Assembly (NCBI GenBank): GCA_040954595.2
Contig: CM082596.2
Span: 6,026,791-6,090,790, forward strand
Source: Balanoglossus misakiensis
Taxonomy: Eukaryota > Animalia > Hemichordata
DNA: 64,000 bases
Reading direction: 5' to 3'
Positions 1-13,643 of this stretch are shown piece by piece. Position numbers and translations under genes: made by a program. The notes beneath the pieces are model-generated. The model was not told the origin of the DNA. It ran no database searches and saw nothing but the letters and a program-made list of their open reading frames with translations. Within the stretch, counting starts at the first letter, position 1. Each line of letters opens with the position of its first letter.

Positions 1-1598
1 TTACTAAGGACACTGCTCAAATACCTGGAAATAATTTTCCGTGGAGAGATAATTTCGTGTGAAGGTGGGTTTTTTGTGATACTTTGAGGCACTTCGCTGG
101 TTATTTAATGCGGTGCATCGTTCAATATGTCAGTCAACAGGTGATCGATAAATGAACTATTAATTTGAATCGAGCGGATGAGTTCAAATTATCAAAAACA
201 TATCATTTTATGCCGAACTTTTGAGTCACGGCAACTCGAGTTTATTCCGGAATTTTTGAACATGAAGAGGGGATTTTCACGAGCCAAGCTCAAATTTATG
301 ACGGGAGCGGTGCCCTCTCGATAAAAACGAATTTCGTCCGCACATTTCCAGTGCACCAATGTGTGGTCAAAACTGCAGTGAATGTAAAGTTAGCATCATA
401 ATCTCTTGCTAACTTGTGCATATAGCAATCTCGATCGTCTTCTGGAATTGTTAGTTCTAACATTTTACCCCCATAATTTTAAGACTGAAGGTCGTCGACG
501 TGCCTGGACGTGGACATCGATCATGTTATATTTTACTTTGAAGAATCAATCGAAATATAATTCTGCAGGTTGGATTTATATCAAGTAATGACACTGTTTG
601 ATAAAATTTTGTAAATGTATTTGTGTAATTTGGGATTGCGAGAAACCAGCGGCTAACTATAAGTGTCATTTTGTTTTATTTGCTCGACTCTGTTTGAAAT
701 AGACCTCGCGTGAAACGAGGTTGTATATTTTATTTTTAAAACCAATTAGACAGAAGCGGTTCTGAATTTGTAATAAGACCTTGTAATGCAGAGGACTCAA
801 TGCTATTTTTTTTAGAAAATACCCTTAGATCAACATATGCACAATTGAAAACAACAATGATAAAAACAGACAATCGGAGAAAATCGTTAATAAGTCTCCT
901 AATGCGGTACATTTAGATGCGATTATAATCATCTGGGATATTGTTTTGTCTATTAAATAAATGTGTATTATTGCGTAATTTTGTTTTGTAGTAAAATACA
1001 AACAAGCTGACACCGGTACCAGCAATTTAGTAAGGGTAAGGTCTGACCTTTGACAGAGTATGTTTGACAGATCGCAATGCATAGCTCATGTCACTTGGAC
1101 ATAAACACACAACTCGTAATAGTATTCAACAGCAGATGAGAAGGCCCTATTCCCCGACAGATATGTCATATGTTATGCTTTTAAAATAGGAACATTACCT
1201 CAAATATCGAATTCATTTAACTTCTCCGACAGACACATATGTTACATGTTGTACTTTAAAAATAGAACTATTTCCAGGATAACATATCAAGTATACTAGT
1301 ATATCGATAAAATGAATCTGATTCGCAGATCATATACTGCCATACCGATGATTTGTGAAATCCCGAAGGGGAAAAATCAGCTAGTCAACAGCTTGATTAT
1401 GTTTACAACCAACCTCCACATGTCTTAAGTTTACTAGATTTGAATTACATTAAATTGATATCATGAACGGAGGGTGTGGTGTTTCTGCTTGTAAAGGGCA
1501 GAACGGACTATTTTATCTGACTCGGTTACTTTCACGTGCATGCGCAGAAAGCCATCACGACAATGAGGGACATTTTGGCGAAGAGCATCCTGGGGGCC

Positions 1599-4592
1599 AT
1601 GCCGGACGAGGAGAAGGTCCACCTGACAGACTATATCAAGTCGGAGAAAGATTACGAAAGTCGCAAAGACGGCGGAAGGGAGAAAGTGGATGAAGACAAA
1701 GAACTTATAGAAGGTAAATTTTCTCCCAGTCTGTTTTTAGTGTGTCTGGCTCAGACAAAGGTACCGCACATGGCTTTGCCGTTTTCTATCATGAGCACGA
1801 TTGGAACTACTCTGTGATAATGAAATCTCGATTATTTTATCAAAAATTGTTCAAACATTTGCAATTTTGCAGTATGTATTTTTATGTACAAAACTGCAAT
1901 TCTAATATATGTGCTTTAAAAATTAGCAAAACTGTCAATGCAGTTTTATAGAATTCATTTTATATAAAACGATTTTCTGGATATCTTATATTATCACACG
2001 CACTGACAGCAACAGCTAGACAAAATCAATCAACCATCATATAATTCGGAAAAGTAATTCGGTTGACAAAGTATTCAGATTGTTTACTTCCACCACGAAC
2101 TCCAGAAAAAGTGCGTATTTTTTTGTCAAAAAGAAATTCCTGGCAAAATATTGAAAACGAGTGTTGACTATACAAAATGTACGTTATAAACAGTGGTGAT
2201 GGTTGTTGTAAATATCTCGCATGTATTTCAGAATATTTCTGTCGATCATCCATGTCGTTACGTGAACAACTGTCAGAAGTTTGAGATTTAAGATCAATAA
2301 AAAATGTTAGATCAATCAAGTGTATTTGTCCTCACATGATTTGAAACTATTTTGGGACAACTGCAAGCGGACATACTCTGTGCTAACTTGTTACTAACTT
2401 GTTCATTTTGATTTGAGATCTATCTATCCATCATGTGATAAGCTGCCTGAATTAAATATGTGACTTTATCTATCATATTCGCAGTTGGGAAAGGCGTACT
2501 GTTAACCAAGAAAGAAGTTGAGTGGTGGAGAAAATCAATTATTTACGTTTCCTTGGCAACGATAGTGCCACTTACTATTTTAGCCTTCACATTTCTAGGT
2601 GAGTTTTGTTTTCCTTGCAATATATCTTTCTTACTCCCACTGGCTTGAACATATACCGCAGTGGGTATTTACACGCAGTTATATTGCAAACATTTCGCCT
2701 GGTTATGATTTCACATGATATCAGAGTCTCTGTCCAGTTGTCGACTTCCAATCTATGCGCGAGCTAACCTCATCACTTCTGTCTTCCAGCTGTATCCTTC
2801 TACGCAAGTAGTGCGGCGGCTCTCAGTTTATCGGTAAGTTAGTTTTGGCCCCCCCCCCCCTGAATTTTATGAAAACGAGATGAACAACAGTACACCTGAC
2901 GACTCAATCAGTCGTGGTAATCAAGTATTCATGCTATGCTCTTACATCCTGATATATTTACGTATTATGCTGTTACAAATGATGTCCTACATTATCACTA
3001 ACACAGTCTTATTTTTTCCGCCACAGTTCGACATGATTCTAGATGCAGCCTCGTCGGTGGTGGTAGTGTGGAGGTTTTACGGTAACTCTGACACGTGCGG
3101 GTGCCCGGATAAGGAGAAAAGGTATGACTGTTCAAATCCGGTCTGACTTTTGACACTAGTGCAATCAATACACGTCCACATGTTGTGTACACGTGCCTAT
3201 GATCAGGGGGGGGGGGGGAACTGCTGTGGTCTCCAAATAGCTTGTATGGGTTATTTTATGGGGTATATCTATAGATTCTAAGTAAACTGATTTAAATTCG
3301 CTTAAAAGCGATCTATGTTACTGAAAAGTGAAATGTTTACCTCATTCCAGCTTTTGTTTTCCATTTTTGCAGGACCATAGTACTATTCGCATTTTTATTT
3401 ATAGCTTTTGGGCTGATTATTCTAGTCAAAGGGATCGTCAGTTTGATTGCACAAGTCGTGATGTCAGGGGTAAGTAGCTTGCCATCGATATCTTTGTTGT
3501 CTCTTAATGAGACTACAAAATGTAAAACTGAAAATATGGATTCCCATCATTAAGCGGGCACTGGTTTCAAATCTCGGATATTGACGGCAAGCGCACACGC
3601 TGTTTTTAGCGCAACATATTGTCTTAATGTGCACAACCACGGGGACCGCGCGGTACAACATACGCCCTGCCACTGATGGAGGGTACCGTGGCCCTACCGA
3701 TGTTGGATGAAACTCTGTTCAACTGACCTCAGTGATTTGCAGAAACTACCATTCATGTCATGATATTTCAAGTATTAATTCTTTTTTTCTTATATTCACA
3801 GTTGATGATCTTGACGATCTTGAGCACGGTTGGCGCCGTGGTCACGACGGTATTAGTGACAATAAAATTAATAATTGCGAGGAAGCTAAACTCACAGACT
3901 ATGTACTGTGACGGTGAGTAGATCAGTTATTAATGGCAACATTATAAATGGAAGTAACACGAAATGTAAATTTATCTCGCGAGACTTGGTTAATAACGCA
4001 ACGAGATATCGCAGTGTCTCGTTGAGTTCAGCAAATGGTCTATTGATCTCCCGAAGTTATGTGTTTTCACACAGACCATTTTGTCTCAATTTTCCACAGC
4101 TTTTAGTTCTGGCATGGGCGCCATTACCGGCTTTAGCATTCTGGTCAGTACGATAGCCTACGCCAAGACGGGATTCTGGTGTCTCGATGGAATCGTCGCC
4201 ATAGCAGTTGCCGTTGCCATGATAATCTGGGGAATCTGGTAAGATCTAATGTCACTTTATTCGGCACACAGACATTCGTTCACGGAAACAGTAATCGCGT
4301 TTACCACTTTTTTGCTTTGTAATCGAACGCATAACAATTGGTGGACACGATACAAAAATTTTACCAAAAGTCTCATGACAAGAAATTGTCACTCGTACAG
4401 AGCACGGATCACTTATGGATGGATACACGCGGTTTAGTATTGCATGTCCTGTATGCGAAAGGGGATTTGTCCCAAACCGATTTTGTGACCTAATGACCAC
4501 TCTATGTGTGTTTTATCCACAGGCTTCTCATAAAGAATGTTAATTTGTGCGGTTCGAAGAAGAAAGAAGCGCATACTGGTGGCACTGTGTAA
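1599..4592 (+). CDS. TMEM163: TMEM163-like transmembrane zinc transporter (CDF/SLC30-related), paralog A, 8 coding exons, ~261 aa
   Basis: Exons 1599-1713, 2485-2598, 2790-2833, 3027-3121, 3373-3469, 3802-3913, 4100-4238, 4523-4592, all GT-AG and phase-compatible (786 nt, TAA at 4590-4592). Spliced protein has WWRKSIIYVS, SAAALSLSFDMILDAASSVVVVWRF, KLIIARKLNSQTMYCDAFSS and WCLDGIVAI, colinear with human TMEM163 as recalled (YRKKALWVS, FDAILDVLSSAIVLWRY, KVLTSRALITDGFNS, WYLDGSIG). The ATG at 1599 (gccATG) gives the same 115-nt first coding exon as paralog B; an in-frame upstream ATG exists at 1563. Confidence 0.9.
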
Positions 4593-6049
4593 ACAACTGA
4601 AAGAGCGCCACCTTCAGTTGAAACCGAAGGAAAAGTGGATGTCATGTCATGCCTGGTGTTTCTCAGTCTCGCTATGGTGTACAGCGATCATGGACCGGTA
4701 TACGAGACCAACATAGAGCTAGACCAGTGGAGTGTTTTTTATTACCACCTATATGTTTGGGACCCACCGACCATGTTTACCAATACACTTCAAGACTGAC
4801 GTCGAAAACCTACACAGGATAATGAAAGTCATCAAATATGGTCACACAAGGATCTATGCCGTCAAACTCTCACCATGCGACGATTTTTTTTGCACCCAGA
4901 AAAACGGCGCAATTCAGTTTTATTGGACGTGAACTATTCAATGATTCACCAATTTAATGAAATCACCAGGATCGTGAGAAGCTACCAGGATGTTCTGAAC
5001 TGCGTGGTCCCTTGTCGCGAACACTGAAGGACATCGGACGCTCTCTGCACACATCTAAAATTCGCGACGAGTTTGAATTTTGCTCACTGATTTAAAATAC
5101 GCAGGGATATGTTATAGGAATATACCACATGCCGAAGAGACCACGTTTGGTCTTTATTCACATCGTATGTGTATCTAGACGCAGGTCAACAACTATAAGG
5201 GTACTAGTATGCTTTGAATGTACGTAACAAACTCATGGCATAAATTACGTGCCCGATACAGTCAATTCAACCCAATATAGGGATGATGCTGGTAATAACC
5301 CCGTGAAATATTTTCCTATGAAATTTATTTCCGGATTTGTCACTGAAATATGATCACTGGAGAGATTGCTTGACCCAGCCAGCACACGTGGACGAACGGA
5401 ATTCTCAAGTCTTCAACTTTTTTCATGTACTTACAGATGGATAATTTAGGAGAGAGAGAGATCAAGCAAGAGTGATTTAATTCTAATTAGTTTAAAATTA
5501 TCACTGAAATTCCTGGCAGAAGCCACAAAGTGCAATAAGACACAAGGTTATGTTTGCATATACATGTATTAACAAGGAGACTTTCAATTTTGAGCCACTG
5601 TCGCTCTCTCATTTAAAATTATGCACCGCAACGCGCACTGGTTTTAATCCTCAATTTTAAGAGAGAAAAATCTGAAGGTGTCCCGAGTGAAATACCATAA
5701 ACAGTTGAACAGGGCCAGCTCATATTTTTAATATAATAATTTATTTACACTGTACAGGGAGAGACAATGTATTTACACTTTATAAGTGAAAACGATAATT
5801 ATTAATCATTCTTTCCCCGTTTTCTTAATGTAAAATATAACTTTTATTCTATGAATTACATGTATTTTAACATGGCTATGTTTTACAAATGTGTATGAAC
5901 ACGTGTCCGTGTGAATTTCTGGATAACTGGGCGCCCGTGTATGGTGCAAAACCACGCCACCTGGTGGCAAACCTGTCGGCATATCCTGAGCGCTGATGAT
6001 CAGCAGAGATATACTATACATGTACACGACTCTGCCCCGCAATTTACCC

Positions 6050-6217
6050 AGAGTAGGTACTCTCGTGTCGCCTTGACAACCAAGGCTCAGGGTATATGTT
6101 TGGACTCTGTTTGGCATAGTGGAGCGCTTACGGGAAAAGTAAGCCAGAAGTTCGTCAAATAACGAAAGGGACGGCGAAAATTAACCGGAGTCTTGGATTT
6201 TTTAAAGAACCAGACCG
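6050..6217 (+). promoter_or_regulatory. Putative promoter/non-coding first exon of paralog B, with RFX X-box-like motif (6067-6080)
   Basis: Clearly homologous to 18001-18138; ends in a strong donor CG|GTAAGT (6218); contains GTCGCCTTGACAAC. Paralog B's first coding exon starts with a splice acceptor, so an upstream exon is expected. Confidence 0.6.
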
Positions 6218-8490
6218 GTAAGTTGTGTACCATATGTAACCACCACACACTGTGTCTTTATGGCGTTTTAATGCTAACCATATAAACACGGCAGACTCGG
6301 ACACCAACAAACAATTGTTCATTATATTCCCATTCTAAAAAAATACTATGATGTAAAAATTACTCCTCCTGTCGTTCTGTATAACCGGTAACAAAACAAC
6401 CACGAGGTCAACCACGAGCACAATATCATGAAATGCGCATAACTACTAACGCTGTTGTTTGAACGATGGTTGGTGTTTATCTCTGAAAACTGATATGAAG
6501 CGTGTCTATATATTGAGGAAATATCGATAAGGCCATTTTTGCACATTGCTTTTTTCCCACAAAGTTTTCAAAGTCAAAGTTAGAATAGTGTAACTGGACA
6601 ACGAGTACAGGACATGCAGTAACGTCTTGAAATGTCAATGTTCTTGCACAGGTTGGTATTTTGGCTTTATCTAAAGGCAACGCGGCTAACGTGTGAAATC
6701 TTTTAGTGGAAAACAAAGCTAACACGATGTAAATATGCCATGTCGATTGATGACGGGGCCTTACATTCTTGAGAAATGAAAGCTCAAAGTAGCCAGCCTG
6801 TCGGGTATCTGAAGAAACAGTTCCAGGCTCAAGAAATTTTCAGTGGACCGTAAAATTTACGAGAAATGTCATGCTCACTATTCAGATAAAACTAATGCAA
6901 TGAAGCTGCGTGAATATTGGGGCATGTGCGAGCACCACAAGTTGACTTTTAAGTCCGGACTTAGATTCACTAAACAACAACTAGTCGATAAACATAAGAG
7001 GAAGAGGTTCCCCATTGTGGAGGGGAGGGGAGGGGAGGGAGGGAGGGGGCCATTCCCCATGCATACACATCTAACAATCAGGAATAAGGACCAAGGTGAT
7101 TTTAAACCGACAGGATTTTTTTAAAGCTCCGTCTTTACCAGAGTTACCGTATGGTCACTGGCCTACAGGTGAACCCCTAGGCGTTGTGCGTTGATTAGTT
7201 CGAATAAAGGCGCTGGATCCCAACATCTGTGTGCTTCACGGAGGCAATAATGGACGAGAAAAGTTGAGGGCTGGTAACCCTTTTAATTCTAATGAGGGCG
7301 GCACTGACCGAAATGAATATATTCAAATGCCTTGATGATATACTTACTACTACGCAGAGGTCAGTAAATTTAACAAATGTACTTAATAGCCATTATCAGA
7401 CTAAGATCTACCACACTATCAGTATTTTTAATTAATTGATTTGAATGATTAATTATCTGCAAGATAAATCGTGTATACTCTTTTTAAAGGACACCTGTTA
7501 AACGCGGATATTCTAACTTGACAGCATTTGCCACCTGGGTGTTTAGAAACTGCAACCTGGTACAGAGGAGAAAAAAAATACTCTAACGCCATGAGTACGT
7601 GTTTGACATTTACGACAGTATTAAGCGCACGGCATGAATGTACACAAGCCACGCTTTTCCTATATGTGACGTGTGATAAATACACGCAGTTTGGTTCAGT
7701 AGAATTTCGACTTCGGTTTATGATTAAATCTAAAAGTTGAAAATTGAAAACAAGTCGCTTTTAGGTTAACTGGCCAATATAGGGATTTGTTATTAATTGT
7801 TCGTTTTCGCCTCCACTGCCTATACATATGCATAATTGCTCACCGACCCAGAATGATTTACGGTTCTTCCACCTCAACCCCTAACATATCTGACAAAAAA
7901 TAAGTGTCCCGAAATTAGACTAAAATGTTCGCAAATTACAAATCGCACACTTGGTATACTAAAAGTTCCATTTTTCTCGTAATCAACGAATACTGATGGG
8001 TGATAATGAGAAATGCATGTCTATTTTATTCAAGGAACGGGCAATAACAAAAGAAAAAGAACGGGGCAATTTTTTAAATAACAGGCGATGATAATTTTGA
8101 TGGTTATGTATCTCGTTGAGATGAATTCATCGCCGCTTCTAAGCGCTATATACACTTTGCTATTTGCCATATGCTTCTATTGCATGGGAATGTTTAAAAG
8201 TGACACAGAGTGTCACATAAGGGTATCCATGGTGACGTTTCTAGACAGAAAGCGTGACAGGAGACCACGAATCCATTTTCCGTCACTAATTCGTGCGTTC
8301 CACAGAAAACTAAATATACAACGGTTTACAAACTAAACGAGTTATCACCATTACAATAATACACGTGTAATGTTTAATTTTCGGAAGACAAACTCTCTCT
8401 CAGAACAGTAAATTCACCTCGCCTTCGAATAGAAACATAATTGTCGAGGTATATGTAAAAGTAAGCTGAACAGCTAAATAAAACAGAGAT

Positions 8491-8545
8491 AGGGGGAGAG
8501 AGAGAGGGAGGGAGGGAGGGAGGGAGGGAGGGAGGGAGGGAGGGA
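8491..8545. repeat. (GA)n/(GGGA)n microsatellite
   Basis: Directly visible run of GGGA units. Confidence 0.9.
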
Positions 8546-11499
8546 ATTTTCAAACATTGTACAGTTTTACTACACCATTCATCGTAACAACGACTTTTCT
8601 AGTACCATCATTATCATCGCAGTTTGTCCTTGTCTCGTCTCGACTACCACAGAATTTTAAAAATAAACCCCTTCCATGATTTCCTGACCTTCACCTGAGC
8701 ATGCAACATCGCAGAGATTTTGAATAGGAAAACGACAAGATGGAACCTGAACATTTTTCGCATACACGTTACACACACAACGTAAAATACATTAGAATAA
8801 TATATATTCATGATATATTTTTAGACGCGTTTAATATAGAAACGGGATTCAATTCTTAATTAACATTATTGAAATTGAGAGACTCGGTCGAGAGAGAGCT
8901 TTCACGAAAATACTCTATGTTTCAAAAACTCCGCTGCTTTTTCTACTGGTTCATTGAAGGGAGTTGTATTTTAAATCGTGTTAAACCTTGAAATGGGGCG
9001 TTATTGTGGCCACAAGACCATTCCATATGTCCAAAACATGTCCGTAGGCGATGGAAAAGAGAATAATTCTAACAGGGAAGCGTATGCACGGCACGTAAAC
9101 GTCAACCAATTTGCAGTAAACATTCGCGTGAATAAAAATACACGTTGGGCGCGGGTACAACGGTTACAAGTGGTTCAAATGATACCAGCATTTTGAACTT
9201 TATACAGTAAAACACTGCAAGGATGACGTACACCTATTGCTAGCAACGAATCCCTGTGGTGGTGCAGCTATAGTACGTTTTTATTTATGACTACGGTAGT
9301 CTGCTGGTTTGATGGATACTGCCTTCCACAATAGCTGCCATTTGTTCCGCTATTTTCGGAATTTTAACCTCGGATAAACTATTCAAACTACAAATAAAAG
9401 TGTCCAAGACATACTTTTGCAACATCTGACAATGGCAGTGATGTCTTCATGTCACGTCCAATCCTGCTGGCGATTTGGGGGTATTTTAATGCGTGCAGAG
9501 AACAAACAGTTTTGTATCATATAATGTTCAATTATAAGTTTAATTAATGACAACAATGTGTATGTAGTTTCTCGTGCTCCAGCTTCACAGATTTCCATAA
9601 ATTTTGACATAATTCTCCGTACAGAGAGGAATCACATACTTCGACGCTTCCTGGACACTTCAATATTGAGATGATACCATTGTCAACAAAATAAAACGGT
9701 TGAAGTTAAAATAGATTCACATTTAGTATGGAACACTCTCATTTATGCCGATTTGTTCATCCACTGACAGATCATAAATACGGGTACTAAAATAGCGGCA
9801 TCAATTGTCTGTATAGCTTTTAGATGAGGAGCGTGGCCAAAATTAAATCTTTTGTCTAACGTGCGTGTTAATGCGGTGGACAGTAGACAACCTTTGACCC
9901 CAATGTTTAGTTCAAAAGAATGGTACATCAATTTTTTTTTATTGATAATTGTTCGAGGGGAGCCGGGACACAATAATCGACCAGGGAGTAGTGCGCACAA
10001 GGCAACTTCAGGAGGAAGAGCGATTGTCTGGGTAAGTAATATGGGGGTCACACGCAGATCACTAAGACGGTTCTGAACCGTCTCAGATCAAATACTGGCG
10101 TAAATTATTATGTGTGAACGGTTTAAGTGGTCTTGAAACGTCTCAGATTTGCACAAGGTAACTACAGGAGGAAACGTGATTGTCTTGCAATTGGTAAGTA
10201 AGTCGAAAATGATGTTTATCAATGTATTAAGTCTATCGAGGTGACGTCACAGTCGGCAGTCACCAGGTTTCCAGTTTTTCTCCATGTAATCCTATGGAAA
10301 AAGACCAATGCGCACATATATGCGCAGTTTACATTCTTACGTAGTCCTGTGATAGAGGGACTGTGATCCCCAACAAACATCACATAGTATCTGTACCAAG
10401 AAGTAGATAAAGACCCCGTTTTGTCTAGGCTCAGGACATTCTGCCCTATAAAAAAAGAAACTGCCCGCATGTGCTGTAACCGTGGCACTGAACTTGAACT
10501 CATACAAAAACCGTTTTGTTCAACAAGTGATGGAATGACCATGGTATGTCTATGGTATGACTCGAATTCGATTTGATAAAAATAAAACAGTATTAATAAT
10601 GATGGCTGGCCTATCCTAATTGACAATGTGGTTGCAGGTTTGTTGGTCATTGTGACTCCATATCTCTCTATATATAACACTGTCAATAAGGATGGTTGGT
10701 TGGTTAAGCCTGGAAATTAAGGCTGTGGTGACTTTCAGCCAAGGACAATCCTGTGACCGACGTCGACCTACATGGTTAACCACTGGAAATGAAGCGGGTA
10801 CGAAAGCACATACATGTATTGCTTTGATGCCCCGGTATTCCGCCATGGTATATGGGCATACGCTACGCGAGCGGGTAGCATTTTCAGGCCATTTAGCTTT
10901 TAAGTGTCTGGGGGCGTGTTCAGATACTGGTATTATTTGATACGAGGTTGAGTGAAAAGGACCGACAGTTAACACTATACTGGCAGCGGGTAAACTATAC
11001 TGGTAACAGCCTATGATATCTGGGTTAGCTAACCTACATCTCACATAAAACAAAGACAACATCAGTGACTCTTCTATTTATTTTTTTGTTTCCCGTTCAT
11101 GCCAACTAAAACTATGTGAAAGGTTAGGAAACTTCACCATTCGTTACTTTGTCTGCAAGTGACTCTACTCAGACTGTCGGACCCACATGCACAGTCATTT
11201 GCCAGCCATAACCTTTGACCCCATCATTTTGTAGAAAGTGTACAGTTTCGTCACCATTTTACCCGAAACGTTGAGTTACAGTTACTCCACATTACAGACA
11301 AGAAGTAGCACAACTTCGACACAAATGATCTGAATACACGTTTCACCTGTTTGTGTGCCAGCGTTGACATATTCACACAATGTAAGCATTAAGTAAACTC
11401 CGAAATACAAGAAAGTGGACAATACTCCAGGCCCATTAAGGCGCCCCCACATGACAAGGAGGTGATATCACTTATGCTGGGTACCAGGTATCTTTAGAC

Positions 11500-12920
11500 C
11501 TATCACTACATGTCCATTTGTATATTCAAATATTTGAGTAACGGTTGCGTAATCTCATTAGGGGGACGTCGAGACCGTGATCCGAATTGGTTGCTCTTAG
11601 TTGCAACGGCGAACGCAGATCACGAACAGGGAATTCGTATGCTGTGATTTCGGCATCTCAACCCGACTGGCTTTCAAGGCAAGGTTTTGCGCTCAGTGTA
11701 CTGTGGACGCCCGTTAGGGAGTTAGATCGGCCGTGGGTTCGGACCAAAAAGTTTTTATCGATTGTGGTGTCTCTGACTCTCTTATCTATAATTGGCTTGA
11801 TTTCTCCGTTGGCTCGGGATATCTTATTAACACGTCTCCGATGTCAGTCTGATCCAGAACGCGAATGAATTGGAAAAACTTCTCTGGCAAGTGACTGACA
11901 ACAGGTAAGCGCCCCAACATGAACCATTTACTGCGTCCCAGTGATCTGGAATGTGTTTCGGGTTCGTCTTGCTAGGGAGTAGGCCATCGATGAAACGAAT
12001 TATGTCATTTTGTTCAAACAAACGGTGACCAAGTCAAAACATTTCCTGTACATCGAACGCCATGCACACGGAACTTGTATATGTTGACGAAGTCCACTAA
12101 ATGAGTTCCTCTTATTGAAATGGATATTAAACGCATGTCCATACACCCACCGAAAATGAAGGGAATCTTCCGTTATACTTTACTCATCAAAGATGAGAAA
12201 ACAATTTTGTTTCACCGGAGTAATACTTAAAGGAAGAACAACATACATCAAATTGGCCTTGGACCAATTTAGCACTTTATAAAAAGTTTGTACTAGTAAT
12301 TGGCACGATTATTGAGTCACCACTATGTGCGGTTATCACAATTGATGAAATCGGACTGAACTTTAAAATTCGAACTGCCATGGATAGGCGCGGTTCACGG
12401 AAAAATGTGTAGCCCGTCTTTTCGTACAAGGGTGGACATCTCCATAGTAATCTGATGATCTCAACATAATTGGTGTTAAATATGGAGAGACAAATCCGCC
12501 ATTGCGCATGCACCACTGCGGGTACACGCCCGCTTCATGTGGGTCTGGGATGGGCAACAATTGCTTGTGACGATTGCTCAGATAGTTAATGAATGCACTC
12601 CAAACCCAAATAATTACAACAAGCACAGTCTTACCGACGCTAATTCTGCGACCCTCACTTTCGAATCTCTCCATGGCCAATTTTTGCATTCCACTAGAAC
12701 AATATTATTAAATATCGTTGAATTCACGAGAATATCTTAATGTTGGACTAATTTCCTATTATTGGCCCCTGCCCTACATATTTCAGTGGTCACCTTAAAA
12801 GGGATGAACAATATGACCAGTATTCGGTTGTCAACAGCAACAGTGCAAGACTATACACATGCATGTGCTAACAAGCCACAAATATTAACGATATAAATAT
12901 GCCTTGAGAGGTAAAACTGA
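11500..12920 (-). pseudogene. Decayed intronless rhodopsin-like (class A) GPCR in intron 1 of paralog B
   Basis: Minus-strand fragments in the right order but broken by stops and frameshifts: TM1-like YIVNICGLLAHACV, TM2-like VAVD..ILVILFIPFKV, DRY-equivalent LAMERF, TM4-like RRISVGKTVLVVIIWVWSAFI, TM5-like LMYVVLPLSI, TM6-like VLTWSPFV. No intact NPxxY seen. Confidence 0.55.
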
Positions 12921-13643
12921 TTCACGCTGACTGATCAAAAATCCACCAAACAAAATTTAGAACTGGCGCAGCAAAATGTTTTGATGTCAAAATACAAAAA
13001 TATTTACCGGAAAGTGATTCATTCCTTAACATATTACTTAATCATTAACCGTAATCTTTATCTTAAATTGCCTAAAAGTTAAATCAACAAGAACGCGGTC
13101 ATTGGAGTACAAAATATCTGTAGCAGAAACATTTCATGGTATAATCCCTTAAATTGTGAGGTGTTTAAAAACCAAAAACACATTTACATTAAATTCAAAT
13201 GATTCTAGTAAACAAGATCAATTCGTATACACTAAAATATTTGTTGAATAACAGCCTACAACGTAATCAGGAAACGGCGTCCGATTTGAATCAGATTTGA
13301 TTAGTACAAATGGTGTGTAATTACAAATAATTAAGTTGTTTTGAAAGATGTGGTACTCATGTTGAAATCTAGGTACCGTGTGAATGCTAATTTTGTTGAC
13401 TTGGTGGGATAAGGGTTGCACTGTAATAACTGACTGACAACTGAGCAGCAACTGGGTCGACTATGAATTATAATATTACTATTCAGAGACTATTCAGCCA
13501 AACGTAGATAAACTTTATATCGCTCTCTTCTGCTTTCCCGCCAGTGTGTCGTCAGAATAAACAGATTATTTTTGGGTCGCTTCGAATTTGTGCTGGCGGA
13601 GAAGCCTCAGTGACAACCATATCCAGCGCAGCCACCGTTCGCC

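Noticed and set aside
1150-1278. Degenerate ~70-bp tandem duplication (ccgacaga...atatgtta...aaaatag)
   Set aside because: Two diverged copies only; no evidence of function.
10219-11062. Minus-strand ORFs of 155 and 148 aa next to the GPCR remnant
   Set aside because: No GPCR or other motif could be identified; not included in the pseudogene.
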